Source: Mobula hypostoma
Taxonomy: Eukaryota
Direction: 5' to 3'
Length of the DNA stretch: 64,000 nucleotides
Assembly (NCBI RefSeq): GCF_963921235.1
Contig: NC_086108.1
Span: forward strand, 69,628,001 to 69,692,000
A program made the translations under genes and the position numbers. Shown here piece by piece: positions 53,155-64,000 of the stretch. Positions within the stretch are counted from its first letter, which is position 1. Each line of letters opens with the position of its first letter. The notes below the pieces were generated by a model. That model saw only the letters and a list, made by a program, of their open reading frames with translations. It did no database searches and was not told where the DNA came from.

Positions 53155-54030
53155 TTCTCTGTTCTTGTAGTTTAATACCAGTTGGCAGAGCAATGCATGG
53201 TACACTACCGCCACCTACTGAGTTGGACTGTGTAGCAGGGATAGGAAGTATATACGATATCCACTAAATTCCTGCCTCCAAAAAACTCAATAACAAAAGT
53301 TCTAAAGTTTTTAAGAAGGTCAAATACACAATTCTATACATTACAATGGCAGTGATATCCGAACAAACTTCTAATGTTAAACTGTGACTGTCCCAAAGAT
53401 CACAATTTAGCGATTAGGTGTTCCATTTGCACCTCATTGGAACTAATTCAAACAATATGCTGCACTCTTTCTTGACGCGCACACGCTACAAATGCTTGTA
53501 TCCTGCACATTAATTCTGAAAAAGGAATTATTCAACCTGGCATGTCCAATACATAAACTAACAAGTACAACCTTCCCTCCTTTTATACCCATCTCCCAGT
53601 TGAGTTCCCACCATCCTCTGAATTTTATACAAACGCCATCCTTTCTTTTTCTTATTCCAACTTTTTTGCCACACTGATTGAATAGACTTTTTAATTATGG
53701 CTTTCATCTCCCTCTTATGCAAAGGCACTACTACATTTATATCCTTAATTTTAAATGATTGCTTGGCAAGGACATCTGCCACCTCATTTCCATTAAAACC
53801 TAACATGGGCAGGAAATGTATACATGGGCCTAGTCCCTACTGCCACAACAGATGTTGTACAATCTCAAGGATGTCTGGCCTACAGTTTGAAGTAGCTGTT
53901 TTAATAGATGTCAAGACCGAGAACAAATCAGATCACAGAAGTAGCTAATCAGGGCATAGTTCAACTAATTCCAAGACTAAAATAATAGCAACCATCTCAG
54001 ATGTGAATACTGATACTTTAAGAATCTTTT
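53155..54030 (-). mobile_element. Nimb/I-group LINE 3' part (RNase H, C-terminus, 3'UTR)
   Basis: RNase H motif GNEVADVLAKQ, IGHARLNNSFFRI..CSVC, and 3'UTR ...cagtaggtggcggtagtgtacc. Confidence 0.8.
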
Positions 54031-54049
54031 CTAAAGTCACCAGAAATAT

Positions 54050-56700
54050 CCCCTGACTTTTAATGGTGGTGAGCAGTCCAACTTAAAGGTGCATTACCAC
54101 CACTAACTGGACTGAAGTGTTGTGAAATAAAACCCTGACTAGTTCTTTATCAGATGAAAACTAAATTACCCCTAAAAGTCCTACAGATTGTAAATTGTGA
54201 AAGACTATTGTGAATTAAATTAAAGTCATTTCCATAACTTTAGTAAAGTTTTTAAATGAAAACTATCAACCCCTAAAGATAGTAGTGCAGCCTGCATTTG
54301 GTTTCCTTCAATCTTACATGCTTTACATTGTAAAAGGATGTATTCTACTGTTTCATAATGATGACAAAACCTACATATCCCAGAGTGATGTTTTCCAACA
54401 AAATACAGGGAATAATTAAGCATAGTATGCCCAATTCTAAGTCAAGTCAATACAATTCCTTACCTTCTTGTTTTACCCCATTCTCCCATCAATCCAACAG
54501 TTTTATTTACTCTGTAAAAGAGTCTCCCCTTATGCCCATTATCCACAAATTTTACCATAATCCCCTAATTCTTAGCCCCACCAACCCAGAGCTTCTGATT
54601 TGCTAGTACCTAACTCAGAGAAAATATCATTAATCATAATATTAAACAATAAAGGGCTACAAATACTGGCTTGTGAGGTCCCAATCTATCTCATAGAAGC
54701 CCAAATCTACCTTACCTACCCTTACCTGCACAGACAATACAAATAAAAAAATTCGAAAATATTACATAGCCTTCCTCTCACTCTTAATTTCCATAATTTA
54801 ATCTAAAGCCCTTCCTTCTATAACATATCATATGCTTTTTCAATATCAGAAATACTGCTATTACAACTTCTTCATTTATCTGTGCTTTCCTAATATCACC
54901 TTCCAAACACGAAACTGAATCCAAAGTCATTCTACTCTTCTGAAATCCCCTCTGATAAAACTCTGATTACCTCTTTTTCCCTTAAATATAACCACTCTAT
55001 TACCATAAGCTTACACAACTGAGACATTAATGACATTGGTCTATGGTCTATAACTAGAAGGGTTTCCCAGGTTTTAAAATAGGCACTACTACAGGCATTT
55101 TCCATAGGGTGGGGAGAAGATGGCCTAAACTCTAAATATGATTCAAGAATTTTAGTATTATCTTGAGAGTTGTCAGCCATATGTTTAAACAATACAACAA
55201 CATATCATCCTTCCTTGGAGTTGTCTGATCTGTACTATTAATATCTAAAAAGTTCTACAATAAAACCATTACCATCATCTGCAAACAATGCCAGTGAACT
55301 CCATGCCTTAAAACCTCCACACCATACAACCCTTAGTGAGCTAGAGCTACATATACTTTCCAACAAATCAATCAAAAGCTTTGCACAAGAGTCGTAAAAA
55401 TTTACCACTTTAATACCTCTGCCTGTTGAATCCAGTATTTTGACTATGTGCCTCATATATTTCATTCACATCCACAACTCCATATCCTATCCCCTTCCTT
55501 ATAAAACTTGCAACACCACCCCCTCAACCAACTAACCTATCACATCTAATTACAATATAATCCTGCAAAGAAAAACTTAAATTTGGTAACAACAGTTATA
55601 CAAATATACTTTTCAGCAGCTTTCACAATAATTTTAATTTTCTCGGTACAACTAGATGCCTGAGCAATACAATTCACCATATATGTTATAAACATCACAA
55701 ACTTCATTTTATCAACTCGTACAGTATACTTAGTAAGAGAACTGATGCCAACATATGCTTCTCTGACTGGTAATACTTCATCAACATTCAGTTTAGCTTT
55801 TTGCAAGGCCTCTGCATAAGACACCTAACTGTACTTTAACATGTTGAACTTCAGCTGCCTCCTTAAGAACTTCACATTCTCTATAAGCTGAATTATGTTC
55901 TACTCCACAATTACAACAGTTAAACTTCATGCCTTCACAATCTTCATACTTACGTTCCCCACTGCACTTACTACATCTTAGTTTCCCACAACATACTGCC
56001 ACCACATGCCCAAATCTCTGACTTTTGTAACATCTAGGTAGAGGTGAAATATAAGCTCAAATGTCATAACTAACATGCCCAAAACTAACTTCAGAGAGCT
56101 TCACCTCATCAAAATATATCAATATAGATAAACTACCTATCCTTTCCCCATTTCTGAAGCCTTGCAATCTTTTTACCTCCGTAACCTTGCCTCCCAATAA
56201 CCTCATCAAAATCTTCACCAGAACACCCATTGTAACACCCCCAATACCTCCATTTTCATTAGGCAACATAGATGCTATCTTTTTGCCAAGTAAAGTCTTC
56301 AAACATAATGCCTTCTCCCATTGTTTCTTATCCTTAGAAACGACTAACATTATTTCCTCTTAAAGTACAAGCACATTCTATATTCCCTATAGCCCCTATA
56401 GCCATTTTTAACTCTGTAGTTAATTTAATGAGATTGAAAGAAGAGTGTTCCAGGTCAAATTTAAACAATACCTTGAAATCTCTTTTCTTTCTCCCCCCGC
56501 CCCCCCGCCGAAAAAAATCCCATCCTTCCTCTCTATCACTGCAAATCACTCCAATATTATGTTTCTTTTTCCATTTTCCAGATCTGGATTCAAATTCATT
56601 GCAACCTCCTCTCACCAACCCACATACCAGAACCCTCCATTTGCAATTTATTTTCCAGATCCCCTCCCGTTCCTATTCCAGATAAGATCAGATCCCCCTC
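54050..56700 (-). mobile_element. Nimb/I-group LINE, decayed with internal deletions (CCHC ORF1, partial APE/RT, C-terminal knuckle)
   Basis: ORF1 knuckles (..FGHVVAVC..CSKCSG..CCNCGVEHNSAYREC), HRPMSLMSQLCKLM, CRFCHHYETVEYILLQC, and a 3'UTR motif at 54060-54125. Confidence 0.85.
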
Positions 56701-56749
56701 CCCCCTCCCTTCCTCCCCCTTCCCCCTTCCTCCCCCACCATCCTTTTAA

Positions 56750-57015
56750 ATTCCAGCAAGTACAAACCCAGAGCCAGCAAACATTCCTCATATTATAACC
56801 CTTTCATTCCTGGAATCATCCTTGTGAACTTCCTCTGAACCCTCTCCAATGCCAGCACATCTTTTCTTAGATGAGGAGCCCAGAACACTTCACACTACTC
56901 AAGGCGAGGCCTCAGCAGTACCTTATAAAGTCTCAGCATCACGTCCCTGCTCTTGTATTCTAGACCTCTTGAAATGAATGCTAACATTGCATGTGCCCTC
57001 CTCACCACTGGCTCA
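56750..57015 (-). mobile_element. CR1 fragment
   Basis: ctctgaaccctctccaatgccagcacatc (antisense of DVLALERVQR). Confidence 0.85.
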
Positions 57016-58934
57016 ATATTGTGGTAGAAAAAAACACAACTGGAACAAAATGTTATCATGATCAAAATAAAGGAATATTAAATAACAAAAATAAAATGAA
57101 ATTTTTTTTAGGATAAATTGAATACACAGGTAGAAGAATAGTAGTATTTGCCAGGGGTTGAATGTTGCAAAATCAATATAGGCAGGAGATCAGTGAATCA
57201 TTTTAAGGAATCATTACATGTGGAATTCTCCAAACACACTTTCTCTTTTATGGGGGGAAAGCATGGATGGTGAAGATAGGGAGGAAATCTGTAGAGAGGA
57301 GAGGGAGACAAGTTAGTGTACCATCACTTTTACTTATTCTACAACCATTATTTACTTCTGTCTATCTTAGAATCTCCATAAAACATTCCAACATTGAGTA
57401 TAAATTCACCATTGTCAGGCATATTTTTGGATTTTATCCATCTGCTTTGCCAAACATCAGATAATAAAAATTTGGAAACAGCACAATGTGTTTGAAAGAT
57501 GATGTATGTAATGTTCAATAACAAAACACTTCTCACCTCAGCTGCAATCCAGCTTGAAGATAAAACAAGATTTACAATTTAAAAAATAGCTGAAAAATGA
57601 AGACTATTTTACTCTTGGTTAATGAGAATGACCGGTGTTCTGCTGTTATGATAAGGGTATTTGCTTGTGTTTTTTACATCATTCATGGCGATGAAAATTT
57701 ATCATAGCTTTTTAATTGCCAACCGCCTCCTCCAACTGAATTAAATGGTTTTCCAGTATGTCAGTTAAGAGTCAAACTTATTGTTTTGGGTCTTGAGCTC
57801 TCAGAAATGTGTTGTAGTTTTGCTATGTTCTATGTTTCTATATTCTAAAGTTGAAGACTCGGCCAGCTCCATCGTGGGCCCTCCCCAGCATCGAGGATAT
57901 CTTCAAAAGTCGGTATCTGTCATTAGGGACTCCCATCGCCTAGGACACGTCTTCTCCTCATTTCTACTATCGTGGAGGATGTACAGGGGCCTGAAGACAC
58001 ATATTCGACATTTTAAGAACAGCTTCTTCCCCTCTGCCATCAGATTTCTGAATGGACAATAAACTTACATGCACTACCTCACTTATTTTCTTTTTTTTTG
58101 CTCTACTTATTTAATTCCATAAATATATTTCTTATTGTAATTTATAGCTTTTTATTTGTATTGCAATGTACTGCTGCTGCAAAACAACAGATTTCATGAC
58201 ATATGCTAGTAATATAAACCTTATTCTGATTCTGAATTTTATTATTGTGATACATATTCAGCTCCATTAGGAAGTTCAGTTGTACAACATAATGCTGAAA
58301 ATACTGAAATTAATCTATCTACATAATTCCAAGCCACCTTTAGTGGTATTGGAAGAAAGTAAGATTAACTAAAATTGAAGAATCTTGCACCAGGACTGCC
58401 AAGTGCAGTTGCACCTCTGATTTTTGAATTTTCTCCACGATCTCCTGGATTCCAAGATCAACAAAGTCCAAAGATTCATTTTTACGTGATCGCTGATTTC
58501 ATCCATAGGCAGTATGAGAAACATCGTGATTGAGGAAATACCAAAAACCTAACCTTGACTTCCAACTCCCAACATTCTTGAGAAGCTATGCATACGCTGA
58601 ATCTGGAAGCTCGAGGTGAAGCCACCATACTGTTAGCTATCTTGTATTGTATTTGAGCAAAAAGGGCAATGCAGAGACCCCTGTCTTCTACAGCAAAAAA
58701 AATCGAGTGTAATTTTGGTGGTGCTTGGATTATCTGGGTGTGCTGGTAAGCTCCGTTCACAATAATATATGCAGGACAGTAGCATCAAAGATAAGTTGAT
58801 AACACTATGACAGGTTCTAATATCAAGTTGAGTTTATATCATCTCACAAGCATGGTCAGGTACAGAAACAATGATAAACTTGCTTATAGGCACATAGATT
58901 TAGACAAGGCACACTAATGAGTGATGCTTACACC

Positions 58935-61247
58935 ATGTGAGGTTGGTCATGACTAGAATGAACTTCTGCCTCAGCAAGGACCCGGACACACTGCAATTTG
59001 CCTATTGTCACAATAGGTCTACGGCAGATGCAATTTCAATGGCTCTTCACATGGGCTTAGATCACCTGGACAAAACAAACACCAATGTCAGGATGCTGTT
59101 CGTTGACCATAGCTCAATGTTTAACACCATCATTCCCACGTTCCTGATCGATTAGCTACAGAACCTGGGCCTCTGTACCTCTTTCTGCTATTGGATCCTC
59201 AACTTCCTAACTGGAAGATCACAATCTGTGTGGATTGGTGATTATATCTCCTCCTCGCTGACGATCAACACTGGTGCACCTCAGGGGTGTGTACTTCCTC
59301 CACTGCTCTACTCTCTCTATACACATGACAGTGTGGCTAGGTATAGCTCAAATACCATTTATACATTTGCTGATGATACAACCATTGTTGGTAGAATCTC
59401 AGATGTAGATGAAAGTACGTACAAGAATGCGATATACCAGCTAGCTGAGTGGTGCCTCAGCAACAATGTCAGGAAGACAAAAGAACTGATTGTGGACTTC
59501 AGGAAGGGTAAGATGAGAGAACATGAACCCTGGCCTTCACCCTGCCTTGATCCTGGACTTCCTGTCAGATTGCCGGCAGGTGGTAAGAGTGGGCTCCCTC
59601 ACCTCTGCCCCTCAACACAGGAACGTCCCAAGGGCTGTGTCCTAAGCCCCCTTCTTTACGCTCTGTATACCCAATACTGTGTCACCACCCACAGCTCCAA
59701 TCTGCTAATTAAATTTACAGATGCTACAACATTGATTGGCCTTACTTCAAATAATAATGAGACAGCCTACAGAGAAGAAGACATCACTCTGACACAGTGA
59801 TGTCAAGAAAACAAACTTTCCCTCATTGTTGCAAAAACAAAGGAGCTGGTTGTGGACTGCAGGAGAAATGGAGACAGGCTCACTCCTATTGACATCAATG
59901 GATCTGGGTTGAGGGGTGAACAGCTTCAGGTTCCTCGGTATACACATAACCAAGGATCTCACGTGGTATGTACATACCAGCTGTGTGGTGAAAAAAGCAC
60001 AACAGCACCTCTTTTCCCCCAGATGGTTGAAGAAGTTTGGCATGAGTCCCCAAATCCTAAGGACTTTCTACAGGGGCACAATTAAGAGCATCCTGCCTGG
60101 CTGTATCACTGCCTCGTATGGGAACCATACTTCCCTCAATCGCAGAACTCTGCAGAGAGTGGTGCGGACAACCCAGCACATCTATAGATATGAACTTCCC
60201 ACTATTTAGAACATTTACAGAGAGAGGTGTGTAAAAAGGGCCTGAAGGATCATTGGGGACCCAAGTCACCCCAACCACAAACTGTTCCAGCTGCTATCAT
60301 CGGGAAACGGTACCGCAGCGTTAAAGCCAATCCAACAGGCTTTGGGACAGCTTATTCCACCAGACCATCAGACTGATTAATTCACCCTGACACAATTGTA
60401 TTCCAAAGCTATATTGACTGTTCTGTTGTATATCTTACTGTACATACTATTTATTAAAATTATTATAAATTGCATATTGCACGTTCAGGTGGAGATGTAA
60501 AGATTTTTACTCCTCATGTATGTGAAGGATGTAAGAAATAAAGCCAATTCAATTCAATCCTCACATAGAGGGATCAGAAGTAGAGAGAGTGAGCAATTTA
60601 AAGTTCCTGGGTGTTAAGATCTCCAAGGATCTAACCTAGTCCCAACATATCGATGCAGCCGTAAAGAAGGCAACAACTTTATTTCATTCGGAGTTTGAAG
60701 AGATTTGATTTGACAACTAAAACACTCAAAAATTTCTATAGATGTACTGTGGAGACCATTCTGACAGGCTGTATCATGGGCGGGGGAGGAGGGACGGGGG
60801 CTACTGCACTGGACCGAAAGAAGGTACAGAAAGTTGTAAAATTAGTCAGCTCCATCTTGGGTACTAGCTACCATAGTATCCAAGACAGCTTCAAGGAGTG
60901 GTGCCTCAGAAAGGCGACGTCCATTATTAAGGATCCCCATCACCCAGGGCATGCCCTCTTCTCATTGTTACTGTCTACAGGTACACACTCAGTGATTCAG
61001 GAACAGCTTCTTCCCCTCTGCCATATGATTCTTAATTGGACATTGAACCCATGAACACTACCTCACTTTTAAAAAATATATATTATTTGTTTGCACTATT
61101 ATTAATCAAATCAATATACATTTATATACTTCCTGCAGTTGATTTACTTTTTTTCTCTCTCTATATTATCATGTATTGCATTGAATTGCTGCTGTTAAGT
61201 TAACAAATTTCACAACACAGGTTGATGATAATAAACCTGATTCTGAT
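58935..61247 (+). mobile_element. Rex1/Babar LINE with a second Rex1 nested at ~59530-60557
   Basis: [29 protein letters not shown]. The outer copy breaks at gaacatgaacc and resumes at aatcctcacatagagggatcagaagt after the inner copy's (caatt)n tail. Confidence 0.9.
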
Positions 61248-61754
61248 ATGAATCCATGACATCAATTCATTCAATAAACATATGACTTATTTATATTATC
61301 TATGTAAGTACAGTACAAATTCACTTTCTTAATTGCCCATTCCTATTTGCCATAAGGAGGTGTTGGTTAACCACCTTAATGGCTTGTGGGAGTACTCACA
61401 CGAGTCATTGAGTAAGGAGTTTTAAAATCTGGACTTGCCAGGATGATGGAAAGACAATATAATTCCAAGTCAGGGGTGAGTGTGATTAGTAAAGGATCTT
61501 GTATATGGTGGTAATACCTCAACTGTCTCTGCCTGAACAAATCACTTAATGAAGAGGAATTATTGGTAGGGCTTGCCAGGCGATGTATCAAATACATTCT
61601 GAAATTCACCTGTGAAACAACTATTTGATTCCATTTATTACACTTTAACACCATTCAGTGTTACATATAACTTAATATTTAACTTTTTATGCATGTGCAA
61701 CGTTTGTCAGTTTAGTCCTCTGAACCTTCATACGTTTTAAAGAAAGACGATCTG

Positions 61755-61880
61755 GTGCTGAGGAAGGGTCTCGGCCCGCAGCGTCGACTCTATTCCTTTC
61801 CATAGATGCTGCCTGATCTGCTGAGTTCCTCCAGCATTTTCTATGTGTTACTCTGAATTTTCAGCCTCTGCAGAATCTTT
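61755..61880 (+). mobile_element. Penelope-like pLTR end, upstream of the OSBPL9 promoter
   Basis: ctgaggaagggtctcggcccgcagcgtcgact...gatgctgcctgatctgctgagttcctccagcatttt. Confidence 0.8.
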
Positions 61881-62099
61881 TATGTTGATGAACTGATAGT
61901 TAACGCTCATGTGTTTGAAGACCTGAGAAAGAATTTTTAGTTTTTATGTTAGAAAACAAAACGGCCGTTATTGAGTGCCGTAAACTGCTTTACCACATTG
62001 ATTTTATCCACTACATTAGCTTTACAGCTGATGATCTGATTCTCTCTTGCAGACAGTCTTATGAGCCGGTTGAGCAACTAAGAGGTAAAGAAGCAAGTA

Positions 62100-62950
62100 A
62101 TCACGAGAATAAGCTAAATTAATACGGAGTTGGCGTCACCGTAAATAGTAAGCGTGTAAACCTGGCCACTTTAAAAAAAAGCTCTCTGTCAACGATAAAA
62201 TCTGCGTCTCCTCCCCTCGGCTCAGTTCTTTTCCCAATGAGCAGGCGGCGCTGACGTAGTGGTCGGTTTGTTATCATTCCCTGAAGATGGCGTCGATCAT
62301 GGAAGGGCCGCTTAGCAAGTGGACCAACGTTATGAAAGGATGGCAGTACCGCTGGTTCGTGCTTGACTACAATGCGGGCCTACTCTCTTACTACACGGTG
62401 AGTGGATTGGAGGTGAATTAGTGGCCTCCGGGGTGAGGGAATGGAGTGGAAGCCGTAGCTCGCTTGTCACCATGCAGGTTTTTCTCTATCCCCACCCGTT
62501 CGCCTGTACGGCGGACTGCATTCGTGTATCACACCAACTTAGACGGCAGGGCGAGGAAGGGCCCAGCCCCCGGTGGGATGCAACGTGTGCGTGAGAGACG
62601 GCGCAGTTGTCCAATCGCACTCCAAGTTCGTGAACATGGCTTGTCAACTAAAAAAGGCTAGCAAATGAACATACAGTTAATGGGCGGGACTTCTACTTTA
62701 AAGGGTCAGGCTGGTAGGTGAGAGTAGGTGAAATAGCTTTAGGATAGTCGAGTGGCCTGTAAGGTGGTGGCTTTGTGGAACAAAAGTACGAGTTTTTTCC
62801 CCCACGGCTGTGCAAAATGCTCTGCAGAGCACGGTAAATCCACACTATCAGGTAGAAAAACGATAGGTACACTTTGCAAAAGAATGTAAAACATTCTAAT
62901 GTTGTCTGCTGTCCATTGAAGAGTGTCCGTTGCACCGAAATATTTGTTAA
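62100..62950. promoter_or_regulatory. OSBPL9 CpG-island promoter and first-exon region
   Basis: High CpG density against a CpG-depleted background. CCAAT at 62234-62238, CRE-like TGACGTA at 62252-62258, YY1-type AAGATGGCG at 62284-62292. Confidence 0.75.
62287..62397 (+). CDS. OSBPL9: OSBPL9 (oxysterol-binding protein-related protein 9) coding exon 1, start of the PH domain
   Basis: Translates [37 protein letters not shown], the recognisable ORP9 N-terminus. Strong Kozak context (aagATGg), 111 nt, phase-0 donor ACG|gtgagt, and it lies in a CpG-rich island. Confidence 0.97.
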
Positions 62951-63532
62951 ACCCTGTTTCCTTTGTTTATAAATGTTCGATGCATTTCACTAATTCTACA
63001 ATCAAAAACTTTGCTAACTATTTATGACAAAAGTATTGTTATATAACTTAGTGTTATATACTTGAACATTTATCTAATTTGTAACAAAATTCATTACATG
63101 TGGACCTGGAATGGGAAAAAAATGCCCTCAGACATTTCAGTAAATTCACGCCATTTTGAAATGTTAAAAAAGAAGTGATTTCATTTTTCTGGTATTGCTG
63201 CTATCCTTGTGTAACATGCAGTCACAATACTGGATAGTTAAGAGACAAATAGCCTTGTTAGCCTTATTTTAAATGAATCCACTTTACTGCTCTTCAGCAT
63301 TGATTAAATTGGTAGGTTGATCCTTTTTCATTAGATGATGTTAGGTGAACATGATTTTAGAATGCCTATCTCTTCACTCGGTGGTGAATCTTTGGAGTTC
63401 TTTATTCTTGTGAATTTGGTTGACAGGTTGGAGATATGTCTCTACCAAAGGAGGTGAAAGGTTATTCTTCCCTCCACTAGCCTGCAGGTCACCCTAAGGC
63501 AAGATGTAGCTCCTGCTTAGCATCCCTGCCGG

Positions 63533-64000
63533 GCAACACATACAAAATGCTGGAGGAACTCAGTAGGCCAGGCAGCATCTATGGAAAAAAGTACAGTTGA
63601 TGTTTCAGGCCGAAACCCTTCGGCAGGACTGGAGAAAAAAGCTGAGGAGCAGACTTGAAAGGTGGGGGGGGGGGAGGGGAGAGAGAAATGTCAGATGATA
63701 AGTGAAACCTGCAGGAGGTGGGATGAAGCAAAGAGCTAGGAAGTTAATTGGTGAAAGAGACAGAAGGCCATAGAAGGGGCAGGGGAGCACCAGTGGGAGG
63801 CGATGGTCGGGCAACAAGATAACATGAGAGAGGGATAAGGGGATGGCAAATAGTGAAGGTGGTGGGGGGAGGGGGTTGGAGGTATTACTGGAAGTTTGAG
63901 AAATTGATGTTCATGCCATCAGGTTGGAGGCTATCCCAACGGAATTTCCCGTCCCCTTGTCCCTCTCTCATGTTATCTCCTTGCCTGCCCATCACCTCCC
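63533..64000 (-). mobile_element. Penelope-like element in OSBPL9 intron 1, with an orientation switch at ~63942
   Basis: Minus strand LQPDGMNINFSNFQ* (GIY-YIG end) plus pLTR. 63945-64000 is the reverse complement of ~63795-63850. Confidence 0.85.

Noticed and set aside
55793..56060. Host zinc-finger gene
   Set aside because: The CCHC knuckles belong to a decayed Nimb LINE ORF1.
62446..62935. Short ORFs downstream of OSBPL9 exon 1
   Set aside because: GC-rich intronic CpG-island sequence with no protein similarity.

Overview
Repeat-dense vertebrate genomic DNA. The repeat landscape (CR1, Rex1/Babar, Penelope-like pLTR fragments, V-SINEs, Tc1) suggests a cartilaginous fish, probably a ray; this is an inference. 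Two host genes are recognisable and diverge head-to-head. EPS15 coding exon 1 is on the minus strand (33909-33935, MAGHFTLTQ), with 1-33908 apparently being its intron 1. OSBPL9 coding exon 1 is on the plus strand (62287-62397). Most other ORFs in the track that resemble known proteins are decayed transposon fragments or their antisense shadows: CR1, Rex1/Babar, RTE, Nimb/I-group LINEs, a Gypsy LTR remnant, three Tc1 elements and a hAT MITE. Points worth a second look: (1) Penelope-derived minimal hammerhead-ribozyme motifs, one with an intact core at 41199-41234; (2) a chain of candidate minus-strand exons between OSBPL9 and EPS15 that can be joined into a 99-aa Cys-rich hydrophobic ORF; (3) three short templated local duplications, one of which mimics a CRISPR array; (4) tandem Nimb copies sharing a 3'-end motif; (5) a GC-rich RTE insertion with a clean target-site duplication (TSD). 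Repeat boundaries were read by eye and are approximate unless a TSD or terminal inverted repeat (TIR) is quoted.
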